Source of the DNA: Xanthomonas campestris pv. campestris str. ATCC 33913
Lineage (GTDB): Bacteria > Pseudomonadota > Gammaproteobacteria > Xanthomonadales > Xanthomonadaceae
NCBI RefSeq assembly: GCF_000007145.1
Contig: NC_003902.1
Location: 4,676,497-4,708,496 of the forward strand
Length of the DNA: 32,000 nt
Direction: 5' to 3'
In this document: in pieces, positions 1 through 7,075 of the stretch
Numbering within the stretch: position 1 is the stretch's first letter
Layout of the letters: each line of letters opens with the position of its first letter
Notes under the pieces: generated by a model
Told to the model about the DNA's origin: nothing
Seen by the model: only the letters and a program-made list of their open reading frames with translations
Database searches by the model: none
Translations under genes and position numbers: made by a program

Positions 1-1260
1 AACGGCAGCTCGCTGTAACGGGCGGCGGTGTCCTGCGGACGCGGTTCAAGACGGCTCGGCTCGTAGTTCACGCCGCTGGTGGTGTGCCCGGTGTTGGCTT
101 CGCCGTCCTGGTTGCCATTGTTGACGGCCACACGCGGACGGTTGACCGGCAGGCTCAGGCCATTGGTACCGATGCGGTACAGCTGCGTGTCGGCGTACGA
201 AAAGATACGGCCCTGCAGCAGGCGGTCTTCCGACGGTTCGATACCCGGCACCAGATTGGCCGGCGCCATCGCGACCTGTTCGGTCTCCTGGAAGAAGTTG
301 TCGACGTTCTTGTTCAACACCATCTGGCCAACCTTCTGCTCCGGCACATCCGGCCAGATCTTGGTGGCATCGAGCGGGTCGAAGTCAAACTTGGCCAGGT
401 CGTCCGGCTTGAGCACCTGCACGTACAGGTCCCACTTCGGGTAGTCGCCCTTCTTGATCGCACCGACTAGATCGTTGGTCAGATGGCTGTAGTCCTTGGC
501 CTGCACCGCGGCGACCTGCTTGGGGTCGAGATTCTTGATGCCCTGCAGCGTCTTCCAGTGGAACTTGACGTAATGCACCTCGCCTTGCGCGTTGACCAGC
601 TTGTAGGCGTGCACGCCGTTGCCATCCATGAAGCGATAGCCGGCCGGGGTGCCTTCATTGGAATACAGCAGGGTCAGCGTGCGGGTGGATTCGGGCACGT
701 GCGAGAAGAAATCGAAACGACGCGAATCATCGTCCAGGTTGGTGCGCGGATCCGGCTTGAACGCGTGGACCATGTCGGGGAACTTGATCGCATCGCGAAT
801 GAAGAAGGTGGGGAAGTTGTTGCCGACCAGATCCCAGTTGCCTTCGCTGGTGTAGAACTTGGTGGCGAAGCCGTGCGGGTCGCGCAGCGTTTCCGGCGAA
901 TGGTTGCCATGCACCACCGAGGAGAACCGCACGAACACCGGGGTCTTTTCGCCGGCGCTGAACACCTTGGCCTTGGTCAGGTTGGACAGATCGGCAGTGG
1001 CGGTGAACTCGCCTTTGACGCCGGTGCCGCGCGCATGCACCACGCGCTCGGGAATGCGCTCGCGATCGAAGCGCTGAAGCTTCTGGATCAGTTGCACGTC
1101 CTGCAGCAACGTCGGGCCGGTGGCACCGGCGGTCTGCGAATTCTGGTTGTCGCCGACCTTGGCGCCGTTGTCGCGGGTCAGGACGGATTGGGCGAAGACC
1201 GGCGGGGCGATCAGCGTGGGGGCTAGCAGGGCTAGCACCATGAGGGATCCAGGGCGCATG
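1..1260 (-). CDS. Monofunctional heme catalase, first 420 codons; the C-terminus runs off the left edge. A Sec-type signal peptide is predicted.
   Basis: Absent from the ORF track because no stop lies in the window. My reverse-complement read from CAT at 1258-1260 gives MRPGSLMVLALLAPTLIAPPVFAQSVLTRDNGAKVGDNQNSQTAGATGPTLLQDVQLIQKLQRFDRERIPERVVHARGTGVKGEF. This contains the distal-His catalase signature. Around 150-220 it reads RIFSYADTQLYRIG, the proximal-Tyr signature. Confidence 0.9.
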
Positions 1261-1897
1261 GCGTCAGCTCGAGTTGAAGGTGCTGAATCATGGCTAGCCA
1301 GCTGATGCGTGAGAAGTCGTTAGTTCTGATCGCTGCGATAGGGGAACATGATGATGACTGCGTAGCGTGATATGCATCGCCAAATGCATCGGCAGCGTGT
1401 TGCAGATCGTCGCTGCATGCTTCGTCTTTGCGTTGAGCATCTCGCGGCGATGGTCGGCGGCTGCCGTGCGTTGCGTGCGCTGCGCGCTATGAATGCTGCG
1501 CTGCACGCGCGCGGCTTGGTCAAGACGGTGGCTTACTTGGCAGGCCTGATCAAGGCAGCGATACGCGGGCGTGCGTTCGAATAACGAAGCAGGCACCGCA
1601 TTTCTCAAACGCGCGACAGCGACATGCGGTGCGCTTGCGAGACGCACGCTCCAGCAGGCTGCTCGCCTCCTGCATGGCAGCAGGCGGTCTCTCCTGCATC
1701 ACCTCAAGACACGCCTGCCAGCTGCCACTGATGCCACAATGATCACCATGGCTGCACGCGAGACTAGCTCACGTCCACCTCGCCAAGCAGCAGTGTGGGT
1801 GCGTGGATGTGCATGTGCTTGGCATCGCGCATCCATCAGGTGCACTGCGCGCTGCGCGCATCCATCAAGCGCGCAGACCGATGCACTTACACCCAGC

Positions 1898-4033
1898 TCA
1901 GCGCCCGATCACCCGCTTGAACGGCGGCAGCGCATCGAGAATGCGTTTGCCATAGCGGCGTGTGAGCAGGCGCGAATCGAGGATGATGACGCGACCGTGG
2001 TCGTTGGAACTGCGGATCAAACGGCCGGCAAACTGGGTGAGCGTGCGCAGTGCGTGCGGGATGGCGATCAGGTTGAACGCGTTGTGGCCGCGGCTTTCCA
2101 GCCACTCGCTCAAGGTGGAGGTTTGCGGGTCGGTGGGCACGGCGAACGGCACCTGGGTGATCACCACCGTGGTGCAGGCTTCGCCGGGCAGATCCAGACC
2201 TTCGCCGAAGGAGTTCAAGCCGAACAGCACCGAGCCCTCGCCTGCCGCGATCCGGCGCAGATGTTCGGTGATCAGTTGCGACTTGTTGCCTTCGCCCTGC
2301 ACCAGCACGCGGTTGCGCTGGGCCAGCGGCAGCAGGTCGGCAACCTTTTCCATCTTCCAGCGCGAGGTGAACAGCACGATGCTGCCCTTGGCGGCCCAGT
2401 CCAGTTCGCGCACCAGATACTTGGCGACTTCCTTCGGATGGCCTTCGCGATCGTCGGGGGTCACCGGGAAATTGGGCACGATCAATTCGGCCTGATTGGG
2501 CAGATCGAACGGCGAGGCCAGCGAGGCCATTTCGGCATGGTCGGGCAAGCCGTTGTCGATGGCGAAGGATTGGAAATCGCCGCCGCCGGTCAGCGTGGCC
2601 GAGGTCATCACCACCGAATCGACTTCGTTCCACAGCAGGGTGCGCAGCACCTGGGCGGCGGAGACCGGCGAGCAATGGCAGATCAGATCGCCATCGCGCG
2701 AGAGCGTGATCCAGCGCGCCATCGGCGGCTGGCCGTCCTTGTCTTCGCGGCGCCAACCGCTCCACAGATTGTGCTGCTGCTCGGCCATTTCCAGCGCCAT
2801 GCCCAGGCTGCGCTGCAGACGCTCGCGCGCGGCATCGTCCTGCTTGCCCTTGGCCACGGTGCCGTGTGCGGCGTGTACCCAGTTGAACAGCGCGCGGGTT
2901 TCCTCGCCCAGTTCTTCGATCGCCGGGCCCCATTGCGGCGGCAGCTTGCCGTTGGGCGCACGCCACAACGGATCGCGCTCGCCGGGTTCGGGCTTCCAGA
3001 CGCGTTCGACTTCGGTATGAAACGCCTTGAGCAACTTGGACACGCGCGCGGCCACTTCGATGGCTTCGCTGGGCAGCAGGTTGCCGATCTTGTCCTTGTC
3101 CACCGCGCGATACGCGGCGGCGATCAGGATCTGCATGCGGCCAGTGCGCTTGGCCATGTCGTCCAGCGGCAGGTTGGCCGCGCCCTGGTCGATCGCCACG
3201 CCGGCAATGTGATGGCCTTCGTCGAGCACCAGCAACATGTCCGACGGCGGCGCAATCAGCGGCTGGCCGTTCTCGGCATCGCCCAGCGACAGCGACGACA
3301 GCAGCAAGGCGTGATTGGTGACCACGATCTGCGCCTCGCGCACATCGGTGCGCGCCTTGAGCACCGGGCACTGCGCCGCATAGCTGCAGCGACGTCCGGC
3401 GCAGCCGGAGGCCGGCGTGGTGACGCGCATGCGCAGCGGCACCGACACCGGCTCGGGGGCGTCGTCCAGGTCACCGTTCCAGGTGCGTGCGGCGTAGGCC
3501 TTGGCCAACCGCTTGGCCAGGTCGACGTCGGCCGGGCTGAGCGGGCGGTCGTACAGCACCTGCTCGTCTTCGAACATGCCGTTCTGGCTGGTTTCGCCCT
3601 CCAGCTCGGCGGCGTTGCGCGTGCACAGGTACCGGGTGCGGCCCTTGGCCAGCGCGACGGTCGCCTCCAGGCCGGTGGCCTTGAGGAAGGCGGGGATGTC
3701 GCGTTCCACCAACTGCGATTGCAGTGCGACCGTGCCGGTGCTGATCACCAGCTTCTTCTTGGTGGCCAGCGCGATCGGCACGCCGGCGGTCAGATAGCCC
3801 AGGCTCTTGCCCACGCCGGTCGGCGCCTCGGCCACGCCGATGCCGCCGGAGGTGGCCAGCGCGCGTGACACCAGGCCGATCATCTGGCTCTGCGCGCGGC
3901 GGGTGGCGAAGCCGGGTGTATTGGCCTGCAGCTTGGCGTAGGCCTCGCGGATGCCGGCCTTGACCGGCTCGGTCAGGGTGCGCTGGGTAGGAACGGGCGC
4001 CGACGGGGCGGCCGGTGTGGCAATGTCACTCAT
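1898..4033 (-). CDS. dinG: ATP-dependent DNA helicase DinG (Rad3/XPD-like, Fe-S cluster type)
   Basis: ORF 1898..4102, trimmed to the internal Met (MSDIATPAAP, CAT at 4031-4033). Walker A is AEAPTGVGKSLGY and motif II is VLDEGHH. Four Cys have DinG-like spacing: YLCTRN, then GCAGRRCSYAAQC (C-x4-C-x5-C). Helicase C-terminal motifs are also present. Confidence 0.9.
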   Translation of the reverse strand: MSDIATPAAPSAPVPTQRTLTEPVKAGIREAYAKLQANTPGFATRRAQSQMIGLVSRALATSGGIGVAEAPTGVGKSLGYLTAGVPIALATKKKLVISTGTVALQSQLVERDIPAFLKATGLEATVALAKGRTRYLCTRNAAELEGETSQNGMFEDEQVLYDRPLSPADVDLAKRLAKAYAARTWNGDLDDAPEPVSVPLRMRVTTPASGCAGRRCSYAAQCPVLKARTDVREAQIVVTNHALLLSSLSLGDAENGQPLIAPPSDMLLVLDEGHHIAGVAIDQGAANLPLDDMAKRTGRMQILIAAAYRAVDKDKIGNLLPSEAIEVAARVSKLLKAFHTEVERVWKPEPGERDPLWRAPNGKLPPQWGPAIEELGEETRALFNWVHAAHGTVAKGKQDDAARERLQRSLGMALEMAEQQHNLWSGWRREDKDGQPPMARWITLSRDGDLICHCSPVSAAQVLRTLLWNEVDSVVMTSATLTGGGDFQSFAIDNGLPDHAEMASLASPFDLPNQAELIVPNFPVTPDDREGHPKEVAKYLVRELDWAAKGSIVLFTSRWKMEKVADLLPLAQRNRVLVQGEGNKSQLITEHLRRIAAGEGSVLFGLNSFGEGLDLPGEACTTVVITQVPFAVPTDPQTSTLSEWLESRGHNAFNLIAIPHALRTLTQFAGRLIRSSNDHGRVIILDSRLLTRRYGKRILDALPPFKRVIGR

Positions 4034-4234
4034 CGCGCTATTTTCGCACGGACCGACGCAGCGCCTGCGACCGCGCCGCGCGCCGGCTGAACCGCTGGGC
4101 AAAGTGCAGGGGTGGCGCGATCAGGCACGCGCTGCCGCGGGCCCAAGCACCACGTGCCACCGGGCCGGCGTGCCGCCGGTTCGGGCGCGATCACCTCCTG
4201 TGACTGCCGCTCGCCTGACTGCCACTCGCCCGTT

Positions 4235-4462
4235 TCAGACGCGGCGCGGCCAGGCGTAGCGGGCCCAGACCAGGCCGATCACCAGCATCGCCAGGCCCAT
4301 CACCAGCATGCCCACGCCCACGCCGTTTGGCCCGAAGCGTTCGTACAGCAGGCCGCCGCGGTTGACCGTGGCCAGCCGCTCCGGGTGCAGCAGCGTCCAA
4401 CCGCCCTGCCCGGCACAGACCAGCCCCACCAGGATCAACGCGATCGCCTTGAGCGGAATCAC
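4235..4462 (-). CDS. Small hydrophobic membrane protein (75 aa), function unknown
   Basis: Two predicted TM segments (AIALILVGLVCAG; VGVGMLVMGLAMLVIGLVWA). GTG start. It overlaps the upstream stop by 4 nt (GTGA at 4459-4462), suggesting translational coupling. Confidence 0.5.
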   Translation of the reverse strand: MIPLKAIALILVGLVCAGQGGWTLLHPERLATVNRGGLLYERFGPNGVGVGMLVMGLAMLVIGLVWARYAWPRRV

Positions 4463-4812
4463 TGCAACGCTTCCGGCGTAGGCCGCGCCCGCTGCAGGCT
4501 ACTGGCCAGGGTCCAGACCAGCACGCCCAGCGCGACACCCTGCACGCTGACCAGCACCAGCCGCGACACGCTCATCACCATCGAGATGCGCGCCACGCTG
4601 CCCTGCTGCATCAACCACAACGCCACCGCCTGGATCGTGACTTCGGCCACCGAGCAGGCCAGCAGCAACCACAGCGCCGCCAGCGCGGCCCGGCGTGCCG
4701 CCACCGGCGGCGTGCGCCAGACCAGCACCAGGCCCAGCACCAGGGCAATCAGCACCGGCACCCGCGACAGCAGGCTGGTGACGATGGACAACAGCAGATC
4801 GGTGGTGGTCAT
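4459..4812 (-). CDS. Integral membrane protein (~117 aa), function unknown
   Basis: ORF 4459..5106 trimmed to MTTTDLLLSIVTSLL (CAT 4810-4812), because the longer form would overlap aroE. Three to four hydrophobic helices. It lies 10 nt downstream of the aroE stop. Confidence 0.5.
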   Translation of the reverse strand: MTTTDLLLSIVTSLLSRVPVLIALVLGLVLVWRTPPVAARRAALAALWLLLACSVAEVTIQAVALWLMQQGSVARISMVMSVSRLVLVSVQGVALGVLVWTLASSLQRARPTPEALQ

Positions 4813-4822
4813 CGCAACGCGC

Positions 4823-5674
4823 TCAGTCGGCGCTGACCAACACGGCGTCGCGCGCACGCAGCGCGTCGTACACCGGGTCGGTCTGCGGGCGCACGCCGTG
4901 CCACAGCGCAAAGCTTTCCGCGGCCTGCTCGACCAGCATGCCCAGGCCGTCGATGGCGTAGCGGCACTGCGCCGAACGTGCCCAGGCAAGGAAGGCGATG
5001 GCGGTGGCGCCGTAATTGAGGTCCACCGCCGCAGTGAGGCTGTTGACCAGGCCCAGCGGCAGCGCGAACGCACCGGCGTCGCGATCGCGGCCGGCAGCGG
5101 TGGCATTGACGATCAGCTCGAAGTCGCCCAGCTCGCGCAGGTCTTCCAGATAGCGCGACACCACGCGCCCGGGTTCGCCCAGCGCATCGCACAGCGCATC
5201 GGCGCGCTCGGGCGAGCGGTTCACCACCACCATCTCGGTGATGCCGGCCTCCAGCAGCGCCGGCGCAACGCCGCGTGCGGCACCGCCGGCGCCCAGCAGC
5301 AGCACGCGGCGGCCGCGCAGATCTAGGCCGTGCCGCTCGGTGAGGTCACGCACCAGGCCGGCGCCATCGGTGTTGTCGCCCTGCCACTGGCCGTCGTTGC
5401 GCACCAGCGTGTTCACCGCACCAGCCACGCGCGCGCGGTCGCTCAGGCTCGCCGACAGGGCGAACGCGGCTTCCTTCAGCGGCAGGGTCACGTTGGCGCC
5501 CTTGCCACCGTCGGCCGCGAAGCGCTCCAGCGCGGCGGTGAATTCCTCCGGCGCGGCGTCGATGGCGGTGTAGTCCAGCGCGATGCCGGTCTGCTTCCCG
5601 AAGTCGGCATGGATGGCCGGCGACAGCGAATGGGCGACGGGGTGTCCGAACACGGCATAACGGGATACGGGCAT
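4823..5674 (-). CDS. aroE: Shikimate 5-dehydrogenase
   Basis: ORF 4823..6370 trimmed to [19 protein letters not shown] (CAT 5672-5674), giving 283 aa. Motifs are [22 protein letters not shown] and the NADP-binding [11 protein letters not shown]. Confidence 0.92.
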   Translation of the reverse strand: MPVSRYAVFGHPVAHSLSPAIHADFGKQTGIALDYTAIDAAPEEFTAALERFAADGGKGANVTLPLKEAAFALSASLSDRARVAGAVNTLVRNDGQWQGDNTDGAGLVRDLTERHGLDLRGRRVLLLGAGGAARGVAPALLEAGITEMVVVNRSPERADALCDALGEPGRVVSRYLEDLRELGDFELIVNATAAGRDRDAGAFALPLGLVNSLTAAVDLNYGATAIAFLAWARSAQCRYAIDGLGMLVEQAAESFALWHGVRPQTDPVYDALRARDAVLVSAD

Positions 5675-5726
5675 GAAACGCTCTCTGGGTTGACTAGACT
5701 GGGCGCGACTCAGGCAGGAACACCCC

Positions 5727-6608
5727 ATGCAACTTCGAGTGACGCTGCTCGCGCTGGCGGCAAGTTTACTCTTCGTCCCGTCTGCTTCGGGACTTGCCGA
5801 ATTCGGCATCGAGGGCATGGGCGTGGTCTCCACGCCCGCCAACGAGGCACGCGCCACGCTCAGCCCCGACGGCCAGCGCATCGTCTGGGCCAGCGATCGG
5901 GCAGGCGGCGCGGGTGGCTGGGACCTGTGGCAGGCGCAGCTGGTCGGCGGACGCTGGCAGCAGGCCACGTCGCTGCCGTTGAACACGGCGCAGGACGAGA
6001 CCACGCCGGTGTTCAGTGCCAACGGGCGCTGGTTGCTGTTCGCCTCCACGCGCGCCGGTGGCGTCGGTGGGAGCGATCTGTATCGCGTGCCGGTGGACGC
6101 GCAAGGGCAACTGGGTGCGGTGCAATCGCTGGGCCCGGCGATCAACAACCGCAGCAACGAGACCGCACCGACACTGTCGCTGGACGGCACCGCACTGCTG
6201 TTCGCCAGCGACGGCCATGGCGGTGCCGGCGGCCTGGATCTGTTCGTCGCGCACTGGAACGGCTCCGCCTTCATCGCCCCGGCAGCCCTGGGCGAGGTCA
6301 ACAGCGCCGCGGACGAACGCGACGCGGCCTGGCTGGGCGATGGCCGCGCACTGGTATGGGCGCGCGGCACGTCCGCAGGCCCGAGTCAGCTGTTGCTGGC
6401 TGCCTGCAAGGGCGGCCACTACGGCCAGGGCCAGCCGCTGCCGCTGTCGTTCAACGGCCCGCAGGAACGCACCTTTGGCGCAGTGGTGGACGCAGCAAAG
6501 CCCGGCGAACTGCTGGTGACCGGCAGCGCCCGCGCGCCGCGCGCCGGCCAGCTGGATATCTACCGGATGAAGGCACCGGTGGTAGATGGCGAGACGGGGT
6601 GTCGGTGA
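5727..6608 (+). CDS. Periplasmic TolB-like beta-propeller protein (PD40/WD40-like repeats)
   Basis: Signal peptide [22 protein letters not shown]. The motif SPDG/SANG/SLDG..(L)F(A)S.R.GG.GG.DL(Y/W/F) recurs four or more times. An AGGA Shine-Dalgarno lies about 7 nt upstream. Confidence 0.75.
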   Translation: MQLRVTLLALAASLLFVPSASGLAEFGIEGMGVVSTPANEARATLSPDGQRIVWASDRAGGAGGWDLWQAQLVGGRWQQATSLPLNTAQDETTPVFSANGRWLLFASTRAGGVGGSDLYRVPVDAQGQLGAVQSLGPAINNRSNETAPTLSLDGTALLFASDGHGGAGGLDLFVAHWNGSAFIAPAALGEVNSAADERDAAWLGDGRALVWARGTSAGPSQLLLAACKGGHYGQGQPLPLSFNGPQERTFGAVVDAAKPGELLVTGSARAPRAGQLDIYRMKAPVVDGETGCR

Positions 6609-6892
6609 GTTGAACCGGTGCGGTGGTGCGCTGCGTCAGGTGATGCTGCGTTGACCGTCTTGCGGCGAGCTTGATCGGGTAGTCGGGCCGTCGAACTGGC
6701 ACGGTTTTAGCCAACGGCAAGTTTGGTTGCGCGGCCGCGGCGTCTCGCCACGAGGGCAGGCAGGTTGACACCACCCAACCCTATGCTGGTCGAGAACATC
6801 AGGTCGCCTGTTTCCAGGCGTTGGCTTGGTGCGCACGCTGCGTGGGACGCCATCCTCTCAATGCACGTGGGAATGGCGGTGTTGGCTTTTCC

Positions 6893-6946
6893 GATATCGA
6901 TGGCGATGGCGATGTCGATGTCGATGTCGATGTCGATGTCGATGTC
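6893..6946. repeat. Hexanucleotide microsatellite: six perfect GATGTC units (6911-6946) preceded by three degenerate units (GATATC, GATGGC, GATGGC)
   Basis: Read directly: gatatc gatggc gatggc (gatgtc)x6. It lies in the 467-bp convergent intergenic region between 6608 and 7076. Confidence 0.95.
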
Positions 6947-7075
6947 ATCGCCATGCTGCCAGCGCAGATGAGGTTTGCCTGAAGCACGTTCGATCCATCG
7001 ACGCTGCTCGTCACTTCAGATACCAATGCGCTTGGCCTCCCGTGTCGCCGCGCAAGATACGCCTGCAGACTGCAC

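Noticed and set aside
1320-1400. OxyR binding site upstream of the catalase gene
   Set aside because: Only one ATAG tetranucleotide lies in roughly the right place. The other three elements of ATAG-N7-CTAT-N7-ATAG-N7-CTAT do not match. This is not supportable by eye.
1372-1584. 70-aa + strand ORF in the catalase upstream region
   Set aside because: It has a helical-looking sequence but no Shine-Dalgarno, no recognisable family, and weak GC3 bias. It is left unannotated, and the region is flagged as a finding instead.
1571-3868. 765-aa + strand ORF
   Set aside because: It is antisense to dinG. The translation is low-complexity and Arg/Ala/Gly/His-rich with no motifs, whereas the minus frame carries complete helicase motifs. 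This is a typical high-GC shadow ORF.
1898-4033. DinG-like helicase as part of an anti-phage defence system
   Set aside because: It has a full-length canonical Fe-S DinG architecture and is flanked by housekeeping genes (catalase, aroE). No nuclease, Cas or other defence partners are adjacent.
4034-4234. LexA/SOS box upstream of dinG
   Set aside because: No TTAG-N6-TACTA-like or CTG-N10-CAG palindrome is present in the 200-bp upstream region.
5675-6370. N-terminal extension of the aroE ORF (track ORF 4823..6370)
   Set aside because: The extension overlaps the TolB-like gene on the other strand and is Ser/Pro/Ala junk. A canonical AroE N-terminus starts at the Met at 5674.
6893-6946. Possible CRISPR array (also considered for 17732-17809)
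   Set aside because: The units are 6 bp and 13 bp, arranged head-to-tail with no spacers. No cas genes are present. These are simple tandem repeats.
6723-6971. 82-aa ORF encoding (Met-Ser)n across the hexanucleotide repeat, and the minus ORF 6799..7464 encoding (Thr-Ser)n
   Set aside because: - Neither has a Shine-Dalgarno sequence.
- Both have poor codon bias.
- The minus ORF overlaps the 3' end of the reductase gene out of frame.
- I kept only the repeat as a feature, while noting that the ORF possibility is testable.
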